The notes below the pieces were generated by a model that ran no database searches, was not told the DNA's origin, and saw nothing but the letters and a program-made list of their open reading frames with translations. DNA of 64,000 nucleotides from NCBI GenBank assembly GCA_946965045.2, contig OX337234.1:1674001-1738000 (forward strand), read 5' to 3'. Source of the stretch: Epithemia pelagica (taxonomy: Eukaryota; Protista; Bacillariophyta). This document shows, in pieces, positions 1-13,034 of the stretch; position 1 is the stretch's first letter; every line of letters starts with the position of its first letter. A program made the position numbers and the translations under genes.

Positions 1-536
1 ACACGGCGAAGCCAAAGGATGTCCCAGCGGCATCGTCAAAGATCCTCAAACGCCATGCCGACTCGATACCATTTGACAACCACTTCAACTATTGCTCAGT
101 AGTGGGAATGTTAAATTACCTGGAAGCGGGATCACGAAGCGACATAGCCTACGCTACTCACCAGTGCGCACGCTTTTGCTCGGATCCACGCAAGGAACAT
201 GGCGACGCAGTCAAATGGTTGGGCCGGTACCTGTTAGGGACGCGACAAAAGGGAATGACGTTTAAGCCCGACCAGAGTGCAGGATTGGAGGTATTCGTCG
301 ACGCCAATTTTGCGGGCAATTGGGACCAGAACGAACCGCACAACGATCGCGATACGGCGCGCTCGCGACACGGGTATATCATCCGATACAAAGGGTGCCC
401 AGTCGTGTGGAAGTCGCAACTACAGACAGAGATCGCCCTCAGTTCGACCGAGAGCGAATACACTGGATTGTCATATGCACTACAAGAAGCCATCCCACTC
501 ATGGAAATATTGAAAGAAATGAAGGCACACATCTAA
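1..536 (+). pseudogene. Ty1/copia (CoDi-like) RT C-terminus and RNase H N-terminal part; truncated by window edge and interrupted by an insert
   Basis: ORF 102..536 has GMLNYLEAGSRSDIAYATHQCARF, FVDANFAGNW and IALSSTESEY, typical copia RT-RNase H motifs. Bases 1-79 match 13235-13313 with one mismatch. Confidence 0.9.
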
Positions 537-755
537 GGAAGGAACGGTACGCCAGTTTATGGCGGTTTAATTATCGATAAGAAAGCACCCCTAAGCGCAT
601 CCTACTAGAATCATCCGCGCGCAGGACACGCGCACACCTGCAAGAACACGCGCACACCTACAAGAACATGCGCATGCCCCTTCCTCACGTTATTACTAAA
701 AATGTGCTTTCCAGAACCAGCAAGCGCATGACCCACATTTCACCAACTTCAACAC

Positions 756-888
756 CATGCACAGTCAAGAACCAATAGTCATCACATCCCTCCACCTTCA
801 TGCGCAGTCAAGAACCAACAGTCATCACAATCGTCCACCTTCATGCACAGTCAAGAACCAACAGTCATCACATACCCTCCTATGTATG
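756..888. repeat. 43-bp tandem repeat, about 3 copies, inside a ~650-bp foreign insert (~537-1190) that splits the RNase H
   Basis: catgc(a/g)cagtcaagaaccaa(t/c)agtcatcaca... starts at 756, 799 and 842. Confidence 0.85.
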
Positions 889-1190
889 CACTCATCCTTG
901 ATTGTGTCACATCACCATCATGTGCATTACTCAAGCATCAAGTGCAAGCAAGTTGAACACAGTGCATTTAACTAGCACCATGCACACACTCCCACTAAGA
1001 ACCAGCGAATGAATGGAACACAATACACGTAGCTATATAGGAGTAGTATATGAAATGAAACCAATTGTCACTCTGATCAATCACTGCCACGACCGTTTTC
1101 GCGGCCTTTTAGAAGGCCTTGTCACAGCATCATCATCTGCATACCCCATTCGAGAGCGATATTGCCCATTGAGAAACGTCAATATCGACT

Positions 1191-1470
1191 GGCATGGAAT
1201 CGACATCGCAGACACACGGGCTAAGCTACATCGCAAGGTGTTCGAGGATAATAGCGGAGCGCTCGAGATGGCTCGAGTTCACAAGTTCCACCCACGAACG
1301 AAACACCTCAACGTAAAGCTGCATCACTTCCGGAGTTATGTGGAACGAGGGGACATCACCATCCACGCAATCCCCACAACGGAGCAACTGAGCAATTACT
1401 TGACGAAGCCCCTGTCCAAAGCAACGCTCGACCCACTGAGAAAGCAAGTCATGGGATGGACGACCACAAT
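1191..1470 (+). pseudogene. C-terminal half of the same copia RNase H
   Basis: HGIDIADTRAKLHRKVFEDNSGALEMARVHKFHPRTKHLNVKLHHFR...EQLSNYLTKPL...KQVMGW continues directly from ...EMKA at ~530. Confidence 0.88.
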
Positions 1471-1477
1471 TGTGCGC

Positions 1478-1610
1478 GAGAGGGAGTGTTAAAATAATGG
1501 CATTCTCGCCTCGCGTGCTCAACGGTCACAACGTATACGCGACACAATTTTGGGGACGTTTACACGATCCCCAAAAGATCCAAACATTCTAGATCTTAAC
1601 CATAATCTCT
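1478..1610 (+). mobile_element. Polypurine tract and start of a 3' LTR (right end not defined)
   Basis: gagagggag is immediately followed by TGTTAAAA at 1487, just after the RNase H end. Confidence 0.65.
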
Positions 1611-2399
1611 TTTGCCACCTGAGTCCAACTCATCTACTTGGGCCGTAGGAGAGTTTTCACAGGTGGAGGGCCATCCCAACCGCAAACGATGTTGCCGAGC
1701 TGCATCCAGATTCCTCAGGGTGTTGCTGGACCACCACCAATTGGGCAACATCATTCTTGGTTGGCATCATCGATCATCGGACGCACCCCACACACGATAG
1801 TCTCGTACAAAAAGAAGTTTCTGGAGGGATGGATGTTTTGGAAGCACTTTTCACAGGAGAGGCATAAAAAGAAGGGCTATATTAAGTGGATGGCTGGCAT
1901 TATATGAGTAGATTTCCTACCAAGCACTACACCATTGACATTCGGCTTGAACTCAGCTTGTATGAAAAACGAGTTTCACAATCTGCTGAAACATTTTTCA
2001 AAATCCGTCGACAAGTGCGCTTTATCCATCGACAGATGCTGAAAAATGAACATTGAAACTAGAACATAGCTTTGTAGTTTTGAGGTTTTTTGAGAGGACT
2101 TGGACCTCCCTCCGATGTGTCGAGAGACGAGACGAATCAAAATTCCCTCCGTAGTGCCGACAGCCGAGACCATTCGAAGCTCCGTGAAACAGTCTTCGAC
2201 TCCTCATTGTCAATCCAATACATGGTGAAAGCAGTAAGAAATGTCCAATAAAGAGGATGAGCAAGAGCTTGAGCTGCTCCAACTATTGTTTCCAGGTAGC
2301 AGCTTTCTTTATGCCTGAGAAACAAACACAGAGGACGTGTTATCCAGAACTCTTGTCTCAGAAGCTGCAATAGAGGCCTCTATTGTTAATGGAATGCTT

Positions 2400-3440
2400 C
2401 AGGAAATGAACTGTGATGATGACAGCATATCAGTATCCAGCAGAGAAAGTCAAGAATCTGAAGAATGCAAAAACCAAGAGGACAAGACACCCGAAGCAGT
2501 CGTCATAAAAGAGATCTGTATTCCTCAACATTTTGGATCAAGTACATTGTCAAAGCAATGGAATCCTTAGCCAGTGACAAAAACAGTATCTGGAATGAAG
2601 ATTCATATGAAGGAAAAGAATTTGGGAAAAAATTTGCTGTCCCCTACCCAATATTTCATAAATTGGTGAAATTGGTGCTGGAGTAGAATACGTCTGGAGA
2701 GTATTGCAGCAAAACTGACCTTGATGGTCGTCCTAGACTTGAGGATGCTAGGCTCCTGATTCTTGGAGTGCTTCGACTACTATCAAAAGGAATATCCTTT
2801 GATGCTTGGAAGAGCTCAGTGATGTTAGTTACCAACACAATCATACTTTTTCCCACAGGTTCATGAAGTGGATGGCAACATCATATCACTGCCAAATAAA
2901 ATTGTCTCAAGACTGATGAAATTGAGCATCTCGAGGGTGATTATCAGTGGTTGGGCCTTCCTGGAGCTGTTGGCAGTGTAGATTGTGTCCATGTTGGTTG
3001 GGATATGTGTCCTGCTGGCAACCAATCCGACTGCACAGGTAAAGAGGGCTTTCCAACACATGCATTTGAAGTTGAAGAGGGCTTTCCAACACATGCATTT
3101 GAAGTTCTAGTGTAGCGTACAACATACATCCTGTCGGTTTCTAAGGAATTGTTTGGTACATGAAACGACAAGACCATTTCTAAATTTGATGTGTCCGTGC
3201 AGGCAATTTGAAATAAAGGATTGTACACTCAGTATTGTTACAAGTGCATTCAATCAGATGGCTCTGAGCTGCTGCAACAGGGTGTATACTTTATTTGTGA
3301 TGGAGGGTACAACAAATGATGGCGGGAACTGATCCCTCCACATAAACATCAGATTTTGGGAACCAGCACTGAGTGTTGGTCTTCCCATGTAGAAAGTATT
3401 CGGAAAGATGTCGAACAGACGTTTGGTATTTTAATGCCAA
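2400..3440 (+). pseudogene. Degenerate PIF/Harbinger (DDE_Tnp_4 / plant-transposon-type) transposase
   Basis: Manual translation across stops and frameshifts gives LGLPGAVGSVDCVHVGWDMCP...TGKEGFPT, ICDGGY and ESIRKDVEQTFGIL, the three catalytic blocks. A 30-bp segment is duplicated at ~3045-3107. Confidence 0.8.
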
Positions 3441-6400
3441 TCGTAATCAAGTAGTTCCCTCCAAACCAAAACTTGGCAGTATACCGTTTAGAGTAGAAGA
3501 TTCCATTTCAAATTCAAAAATTATATCTTGTTCCAGATTTTTGTCCACCCCCCTAAGAAACAAGACAGATCACACTGACGGATTCTGAAATCAAAGAACA
3601 AGCACCCGAAATCGATTTTCATCATTCCTTGCTCATAAGAAATAGTCTTAGAGAGTTCTAGTCTTGTTGTCCAATGATCAATAGCTCCAAAATGCGAGTT
3701 CGCCCCTCCAAAGTCTGGTTTTTCTCAATCAATTTCTTGTTCCTTACAACCACTGCTTTGTAGTCGTCAACGAGGCTCTTGTTATCTTGCACAAGTTTCT
3801 GTAGAGAACTCGACATATCAGGCATCCATTTGTCTTCCAAAACTCTTGCCACAGTGGAATCCTCGTGGTAATGCAATTTCTTGTTACTCATCTCTTCTCC
3901 TCGTCCCAGTTCAACGTTCCGTTTCCTTTCTCCTCTGTTTAGTGTGCGAATGTCACGCCGGAGCCTAGTCGACATGATAACTGACTTCTATCAACAATGG
4001 AACCCATAGAAATGTAATGAATGCAGATGCCGCTGAGGTTGAAATGTTTTATGAGTCCTGATGGCCAATGGATGAGTGAACAGAAGACAGAAGACCATCA
4101 AAATCAAGGAAGGATGCATTCTTGTCGAAGATTGAGGAGATTAGAGGTGCTGCAACAAAAAGCATGAGTCCACACCACGAAACAATGATTGTCATGAAGA
4201 TGAGTCTGAAGAACAATCAACCACTAAGCCAAGCAGCTGTCAGAAACATGACAATGAGCTGAAACAAAACAACCCTCAGAAGGATAACAATGAGGATTGT
4301 GATGATGATAGGGACATTGTCGACAGTGACGGTGCTTCTAATCCAACCTACAATGGAGACAAGAAGTTGAAACATAGTGGAGTGAAGAAACATGGAGCGT
4401 CTTACAAATACAAGCTTAATATCTAGTAGAATAAAGCCAATATACTCGACTGAAATCTGATGACCTGGACAGGTATCGAGTTAACACCAATGGGACAATG
4501 TGAAACATGAACATGTAAAGTCATTGAGAACTTGGAATATTGAAATTAGGATTGAATATCAATGACCACCAGAAGAAGAGACTTCTTGAAGAAAGTGGCT
4601 GTCCATCCAGGTCCATCAAGTATTCATATGAATGGTTAGAGGTTGGACAACATTTACATGGCAGGATGTGTCAGCAAAAACTTGCCAGCCTTCATCTTTA
4701 AACGCAGTCACACATATTGGTTCACAGTGTTCACTTAACATCCCGATCAGGCAAGACCAAACCTCATCTCAGAATACATTGTACCTAACCACAATAATTG
4801 AGAGTATGTCACAATGACCTTTGTTTCTCTTGGATATTGGTTGCTGAGATCTCTCAGTCTTCAGATGAGAGAGTCATTTCCACCATCCAGATATTTGACC
4901 ATGACAACAAGTCAAAATTCTTCATGGATTCTGATTACAGCAGCTTGTGAGACTGTGGACCATGGTCTCTGTGTTTCTTGACCTACATGGAAACTCCAAA
5001 CTAGTCTGGAAAAGACTCTCCGGATGCCTGGAGAGTACCAACAACAACTGAACAAAGCCAACTATAATGACCCTACTGGTTATCTTTGAGAAATGGCAAA
5101 TGCCCTCATTTGTTCATGTGCAAAATTTTTAAGCATAAGTAGAATCTCTACTTAATGTACAACTGTGAATTACCCTTCCTTCATTTCTGAGGAGATTACT
5201 AATGGATTGTAAGGTCACTTTAACCTCCACAGGTGATATAGTGGTGCAGAGTCATATGTTTGCATCCAGCCTACTATCGGTAGTGGATTGTTTGCATCCA
5301 GCCTACTATTGGTATTGAAAATTCACCATGACAGTCTCTGTTTGGATACTTTTCCAACATGGACTGGATGGATTTCACCAACATCAAGGGATGCCCAATT
5401 AATGTGATACAGGATATTGAACACTGGTCCAAATATTCCATTGAATCCAATACGACTCAGTTTGTTGGCCATGACTTGAAAATTAATGATCCATCACCTG
5501 AATTGAATTTGAAAATGACCAAGTTCCGTGGATTGGTGGAAGTGATTTTCCATGGGACTGGTGATGGATCAATGCACTACAAAGAACTTGGCCAAATGTC
5601 TTGGATCAATTTGACATGGCACAACACAACTATCTACTATAATTTTGCATCAATCAAAGGCTTCAATCACAAACAAAAACAATGACAGGTAAAAACAGAG
5701 TGAAAGCTGTCACAACAAATGGCATGCTACAGTGACTACTGTGGACAAAGGAAGTGCTTATTTTTGCATTGGAGTACTAAACACAAACCAGCAAACAATT
5801 CACAGGAAGTTAAAAAAACATCAGCAACAACAATCAACAACAACAAGAAACAGCAATGCTTACCTTGGTGGAGAGCCGTAGGATTGTTGCAATCCAGCAT
5901 TGTCCTGCTGTTGTTTGGGAAAGGGGGAAGAATCTTCCAAACCACCTTCTCGCAGAGGTGGTGCCTGTTTCTTGGTCGTTTCTGTCTGCGACAGTGGAGG
6001 GACATTTTCTTTGTCCAATTTGTTGGTTGCTGTGGCTGCAGTGGCTGCAGTGGCCATCTCACAACTCTTTCAGCAAGTTTCCATCATCGTCTTCCTCCTG
6101 CTACAACTTTCAGATTCACACATGAAGTGTCTTGCTTGTCATGCAAAGACATGCTCAAAGCTCATGCGGTGTCATTCTGTGTTCCTGGGAGACAACTTGG
6201 TAAAATGATATGCAACCTCATGGAGAATGTAAGGAATCAACTGTTTGATTGTTTTATACATGCATCAAAGGATACACAGATAAAGTATTTCTGTGGTCAC
6301 TGTGGCAACATGCTTCTCTGACAAGAAGTTTTTGTGAGATAAGCACATTGCTGGTTGTTGTGATAATGAGCTGAAGTGTGGCTGTTTTTTGCCATGGAAA

Positions 6401-7484
6401 CAAACAGAGAACACTAACTGGACCCCAACCATTCAAGTTGACAATCCAAACTTCACCATGCCAAGGTGCAGCAAGAGGTTGCCCAATGAGTTTGCAATGT
6501 CACTTGAACTGTTGCTACATCCAAGTGACCTACATCCAAGTGACACTATGGGCTGGTGACTTGATGTACTCAGTAACATGATTTCTGGCACATTGGAGGG
6601 TGCCCTAGCCGAGATCAAACAAGAAATTTTGTTCGAAGCCGAGTAGCATGGCAATCAACCAACTTTATAAGGTTGGTTGTTACCTGCTGGACAGGATAGC
6701 CTCCATCATAAATGGGATCCCAGCAAACATTTCAGATTGCAAAGTTTGCTTTCCTTGATGGTGATGTAGATCAGCATTCATGGAATTCAATCATTGGTAT
6801 GACTTTAACAAACTACCTAGTGAAACCTCTCCTTCTTTCTCTCTTGTCTTTTCCTGTATCAGAGGATATAGAAAAGATGGGGCTACTTATGACACCAGGT
6901 CAAAGGTGATGGATTTGCTGTCAACATGGCTTTCAGAAATCCAGAAAATCCTCCCCCTCTACTATGAAATGTGACTTTACCCCTTCATACTTGCAAGGGC
7001 AAAGTGACCAAAGTCTGTTTGATGTTTGCATGAACATCAAATTCAGTGACAAAACTTACTCAAGCATGCAAAATGGTCCATGGAAGAACATGAACAGTAT
7101 CATCAACTTAACTCTTTTGAGAGGGCGAATGAATTTCCTCGGTCTTTGACCATATGGTCAATAATTTTACTTAACAAAATCATCAAACACTTAAAGGATT
7201 TCCCACGTAGGCAATGACCTCCAACTCGTGAATAAAAAATTATTGACCATAAGGACAATTCCCAAAATCGAGACTTTGTTGATCATGTAACTCAATAACC
7301 AAACCATTTGGTTATTACTCCTTCACACATATCCTTCCATTTGGTCCAACCTTTCAATAGCCGGTCTAAACGCCAAATTCCGACCGGTAGTTCTTGCGTA
7401 CGACCTTTCTTGGGAATTTTCGTGGCCTCATTTTTGTTGCACCTCATACATTCAAGCACTTGTCAAACCAATAGTTGGTCCAAA

Positions 7485-9098
7485 ATGGCCGAACAGTCCA
7501 ACAAGGATGCAGGCAATCCACCAGCTGCTGCAAGGGAACTCGAATTTTTGACAATCAAGTCTGATGGAGAGGATGATGTTGACAAAGACCGTGTTGGAAT
7601 GTTGTTTACAAAACAAACCACTGAGGAAGACATTGATCGATGCCGATTTGAAAACCGTTACATTGACAAACAAATCTCGTCATCTGATCTGGTGCTAATC
7701 AACCCAGGAGCATGTGCACAGGCATTCAAAGAGGAGGGACCGCTCGGATTGTTTTTCCCTTTCATTCCTTGATCGATTCATGATGAAGGCTACCCAAGAT
7801 GCACTCAATGAAAAGGAAGGCAGTTCGGCCAAGAAGATCACCCTCACTCCAAAGATATTTCGATGTGTGTTTGGGCTTGACATTGCAACCTCCCTGTGCA
7901 ACTCTACTTCGATAAAAGAGTTGTGGAGCTCAAAAATGTTTCTTGGATCAAGCTAATTTTCGAATACTATGTCTCATTACATGTTTGTTGCCGTTCGTGG
8001 TTCGATTCGAGTTATTTCAGAATCTACGTGCCAAAATCTCGATGATCCTTTGTGGACTGTCAGGTGCCTCATGTCGCATGTACTCAGGAATTTTACCTCT
8101 GTTGCATACGTTGTTGGTCCAGTGGCTTTGGACGAGGCAAGCTGCCCCACCAAGGCAAAAACAAAGGCTTCCTCTTACCTGCCGTCCAAACCTGATAAGT
8201 TCGATATCAGGTTTTATGCTTTGGTTGGGTGGGCGAGCGTTTATACTTTCTCTATTTGGGACAATGGCACTGGTAGCACCGTGAACCAAACACCAGCCAA
8301 GCGATTTCTCAAAGTGTTTGGTGAAGTATGGAGTTCATTCAATCAATTTACTCAGTCATGCAAAAGTCGCCTACAAAATGCCTGCCCCGTGCCATACGAC
8401 AGTGCCTCCATGCTATGGATTCTCATGGTTGGTCTTTTGTTCCGCTCCATTACTGGAACATCCTCTAGTCGTCGAAATGAAGAAGCCACTGCACGAACTG
8501 TAGTGTACATGGACAATTATTATACGCGACATGCACTGGCCAGGGCATGTTCTGAATTTACCGACAATGCTGTAAAAGTGACCGGAACTGTGAAAATGAA
8601 TCTGGTTGACAAAGTGAACAAGCTAGCTGTTGCACAGGCCGTGAAGGATTTGGAAAAGAAGGAACGTGGCTCATGGATTCTTGTGAGGGTCTACACCGGT
8701 GTAATCCATCCAGACAACAAGTTGCAAAAGGCAAGAGAGAAGAAGGACTCATACTCAGAGAGTCTGCCTAGAGAACGGATTGGATTTGAAGAGAAGGACA
8801 TTTTGGAAGTTGTCAATGAGTAGAGTGTCGTTGCAAAAAATTGTGGGTATATTGTGTATTTGGATAAAAAGGCTGTTGTCTTTTATACAAATGATTTGGC
8901 TGACACCCCGAAGAAACTGTTCAGTACCCATGAAGATCCACACGCGATTACTTGTGTCCATGGTCTCGCCACAATGTGGCGATGGACCAGTCATTCGTAT
9001 CACAACAAGAAAGCATTCAAGGCCATCGTGGCGTATAATGAATGGGGTCGACAGGGCCGACCAAATGCGGGCCACAAATGCTTATCGCAGGAAAGAGG
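7485..9098 (+). pseudogene. piggyBac-like (DDE_Tnp_1_7) transposase, frameshifted and 3'-truncated by a copia LTR fragment
   Basis: VALDEASC...SYLPSKPDKFDIRFY, VVYMDNYYT, KVTGTV, YLDKKAV and MNGVDRADQMR give the piggyBac DDD triad over ORFs 7308, 7969, 8854 and 8780. Confidence 0.88.
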
Positions 9099-9251
9099 AG
9101 GTCGCCCGGCGCGGAGCAAAGACAATGACTCATGTGAGGAGAACAGTGTCGTGGGCAGACGTCGTTAGAGGTTTGCGATAAGTTTATAATTTCACCATCT
9201 ATCCAATTTCACGTCTTGTCTGCTCCAACTTCCAACAGGTTATTGAGCCCA
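9099..9251 (+). mobile_element. 3' part of a copia 5' LTR (ends ...CCAACA at 9237) plus PBS of the initiator tRNA-Met-half type
   Basis: CA end followed directly by GGTTATTGAGCCCA, which is the copia-type GGTTATG(A/G)GCCCAG with one extra T. Gag-like ORF starts at 9307. Confidence 0.7.
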
Positions 9252-9306
9252 ACTGCCTTATTGCTTCCGTGAAGCAGGCAACGACCCTAGATAGGGTATC
9301 ACTACC

Positions 9307-12270
9307 ATGTCGGCCAGTGCTGGATCCACCGATCCACCTGGCCACTCCGGTGCTAGCGGGGGGTTCCTCAGTCGAACTCCTTTCCAACGGATGTGGCAGT
9401 CCATTCGCCCACCAACCAGCACCAACTCATCGGACATTCATTCCTCCATTCTACAACGCCACTCTACTACCGTGCAGGCAGATATGAATGACAATGCATC
9501 AGTTCCTCTCACACCTGTCGTTGACGTGCCTCTTATCAGTCGATCTATGCCGACTGTGCATCAGATACGTGTGAAACCGGACCCTGAAGCTGGTACTCCC
9601 TATGATACCGACTCGTTGGGAGCTTATATCCCCTATACTCGAGCCGTCATTCTCAATGGAGGAGATCTATCTGTCTATCAGTCCGATCCTAGCATTGTTG
9701 ACACCATTGAAGCCGTCGAAGAAGCAGCGTACGAGGAAAATTTGGACGATGTGGGGATCTATGATGTCGAACCCACTCCTCCTCCTATTGTGTCCACCAA
9801 GAATCGGACTGTGGCGCTGTCTCCTCTGACTGCGTCCTTTGTGTCGGATGTCAGCATTGAGTACGTACCTGATGTCAGTGTCACCACCACGCCGTCTCGT
9901 CAGCCAAATATTCCTCCCGGTGTCGTCCTGGGTCCCAATGACGTGCTCGTTTATGCCAAAGTCTCTACTACGGCCTCCAGTTGCCCCGTGATTGTACAGG
10001 ATTCGTATGATGGTATTGGCCACCCTTATTTGCGTGGTTATGTGGAGCCTGATCGGTCCACCCAATCTCAAAAACGCTTTTACGTGGTTCGGACAGGTTG
10101 GAATCCTGGGATCTTTCGCTCGTGGAGCACTACCTGGGTTCGTGCGGTTGATTTCAAGTCGTTTACTGGTCATGGCGCTGAGTTTGCCAGCGCTCCTACG
10201 TACGCTGCGGCCGTGCGCTATCTTGGTTGGGATCCAGCGCTGACATCTACTCCTCGTGGCCCGTTTCCTCCTCCACCCAGTGTCCCCTTTGTCCGTGGTC
10301 CTACGGTCGGTGCTCCGGTTTCGTCCTCTGGCCCTGCTCTGTTGATGGGTCCTGCGCTTACTTCCCACCTCGCGTCCACTCTCCGCGCTCAGGATGTGGC
10401 CGAGTCGACCGTGGCAGAAGTGGTGAGACGGCTCCAGCACTCCTTCGATGCTTCTCCAGGTCTGGCTGGATCGGGGGGATTGTTATCGTCGTCGCGCATT
10501 GAATCGCCGGAGAGCAAACTCCGCCGTGAGCAAAAAGGGTTTGTTCCCGAATACCCTGCCACGGCGTTCACGGGCGAGGCTTTTGATGTTTATTATGATG
10601 CAGTTCAAAATATGCTGTACATGCCGCAGTGGTCTCTTGCTGATGGGAGTTGTGTGACTTCTCATGTCGACACCCCGGATAACGATCATGACCACGAGAT
10701 CTCGAGGCAACTCCATTACCACCTGGTTGTGTCAATTCAAGCTCACCGCAACCCTGTAGCCCTTAGTGTCCTGTCGGAGTTGCGTTCGACCGACAACTAC
10801 GGCAATGGGATTAAATTGTTGGAATCACTACGCGCCATCGCCTATCCCAACAATACCAGCTTCTTCCTTCAAGATTTTGATACTTGGAGTCGCTTGAGTC
10901 ACCGCAACAAGGAAGATTTGACGACATTCTATCGTCGCGCAAAGGAGGTGCGTCATCGGCTTTCCACTCACCGACTTTCAGTTCAGGACCCCCTTTTATT
11001 ATTTGGTGATCAAGGGGCCCTATGGGCACGCCATGTCGACGTTGGAAGAAGAGTTCAAGTGTGGTCGGCTCAATCTTTAGTACACAAGAGTTATTCATTC
11101 AAATGCATCAGGAATTCCGGGCGCAATGTTATAAGAATTCCAGCAGTATGGAGGTAGTTGATGGTAAACCAGCTGGGGGTGCTAAAGGGCGTCGCGTGCA
11201 AGCGTCATCCTCTGATACTGACGACGGTTTCACTCCGGTGGGTGCGGTCGTTTTGGCTTCCGAGGCAAAACAGGTTCATCGTCATAAATGTATACTGTGC
11301 AAAATTTTTTGCAAAGGCAACAAACGTTTCGGCCCTGGCATTCACTCTACCGCCAAATGTCCCATTTTAAAAGAACGTGGGTTTACCATTTCCTACGACT
11401 ATGAAAAGGATCAAGTTCTGAACCCTGAGGGTCGACCGTCCTCCTTCTCCTCCGGGGGTAGTCGTCCTAGTGCTCATCGCGTGGACAGTGGTGGATCTGG
11501 ACTCTGGACCTCCCAGTTTCCTCGACTCGATCGTCTGATACCGTGTCCTCTACTCAAGTGGTGGTTGAGACAGCTGACTCCTCTTCAGCTGACTCTCCTT
11601 CCAGTCCGGCCCCGTCTCCAGGCAAGTCTCTGTCGTGTGATGGAGCGGTTCGTGTTGCTAACTTCACTAACTCATCCCATTGCGTACAGGTAAATGAACC
11701 GACTGATGATGATGTGGATGCTTGGTCCTGTGGGTCCTGTTTTACATCTTATCTTTGTATTGTACCTAATAATGAGGAAGTAGTGAAGTTAGTAACCGAT
11801 TTAACTGTCTCTTCTGAAGCACCCTTTGTCTGTCGTCGTAGTCGCAACCCCTCCCAGTCTGCGTCTCGACCTTTCCTTTGCCCTGACTCTGGCGCCACGG
11901 CCGATCTGTTCTGGGACCGTCGACTCTTTGATGACGACAGCTATGAATCTTTGGTGGAGCAATACGTGGAGATGGGCGATGGGAGTCGCGTTCCCATTGC
12001 CGGGCGGGGTACTGTGAGCTTTCTCATGGGCGGCCACAGTGTTTGTCTTTCCGATTGTCTTCACGTTACGGACTTGGACGTTCACCTCTTGTCCATCCGT
12101 GTACATCGTCGACGGGGCAGTGGCTGTACTTTCCTTGCTGATGATGCGGGTATGTTTCTAACCTTCCCCACCTTTGTGATCAAAGTTGATGATCACGTGG
12201 ATACTCTTATTCCGGCTGGTTCCCGGTCCGCCGGACACCTTGGTCCTCCTGAATTCTGTGACACCTCCGG
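9307..12270 (+). pseudogene. Copia gag (with RNase H1-like hybrid-binding domain), atypical Zn knuckle and aspartic protease; frameshifted; ends before integrase
   Basis: 616-aa ORF with a UBN2-like capsid region (GNGIKLLESLR...EDLTTFYRRAKE). Next frame has CILC-x11-H-x4-C. Third frame has LCPDSGATADLF...VEMGDGSRVPIAGRGTV...LHVTDLDVHLLSI. Confidence 0.82.
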
Positions 12271-12329
12271 CAGCATTGTGTATAGTCGTGGCACGCCGTA
12301 TGAGAACACGTTCCCAGACGAATCAAGCG

Positions 12330-12900
12330 GTCTCTCTACGCCAATCCGAGGCCTCTCCGAGTTGGGAGGTAAGGCGTTGGAAAGCCGCGGAGTAGTTTCC
12401 CAGATTTGCCAAGTGTATCGTTCAGTATCCCCAACAGCTGCAACGAAGCACGACTGTAAAGAGTACTACTCCCAACGATGTGAATCCAAAGTGGAAGCAA
12501 ACCATGACCACTTGGCCCATTTTGCCAACTGTGGGATGCGTGTAGACTTGTGTGACATCTTGAATCTTATTGGAACGGCACAGTATAACACCAAGATTCG
12601 CCACAGGTTGAGGATGGCCGATTGGGCCAAGGGTATGACGCTGTTCCATTGGGTTGGAAAACACATCACGACTATTACAATCACTCGGAATTGATTACAG
12701 CCAATGGATTGGCGTAAGAAGTTGGATATCCTGTTCTCCCCTTTGAGCTTGCGAGGCCTTTGCCCGAAGACAATGGAGAGCGCTTCTTTGCTCAGTACAT
12801 GGCGGATCAAATCAATCGAGAGGACAACTTCCCCAAAAGCAATCCCTCTGATCGATGCCAATATCCCTCATGTGCATTGAATGAAACGCCCCTACCACAC
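12330..12900 (+). pseudogene. Fragment of an unassigned repetitive, probably transposase-associated, protein
   Basis: ESKVEANHDHLAHFANCGMRVDLCDILNLIGTAQYNTKIRHRL and RPLPEDNGERFFAQYM read as a conserved protein unrelated to the flanking copia pieces. Family not identified. Confidence 0.35.
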
Positions 12901-13034
12901 GAAACAGGACTCCTAATGACTCCCCTTCTGGGACGTTTGCAAAGACGTTAGAAACATCCATGGAGACAATAACGCTCCAGCAGGCATCGCAAAAGAGTCA
13001 AATGTCGGTTCGATGCAGGACACATTTGGTCGAC

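Noticed and set aside
537-1190. Solo LTR call for the insert
   Set aside because: No TG...CA pair or 4-6 bp TSD at the junctions.
3658-3975. Coiled-coil ORF as a host gene
   Set aside because: Short, no identifiable family, embedded in decayed repeats.
7150-7480. piggyBac left TIR and TTAA site
   Set aside because: TTAA occurs, but no convincing terminal motif follows and the right end is lost.
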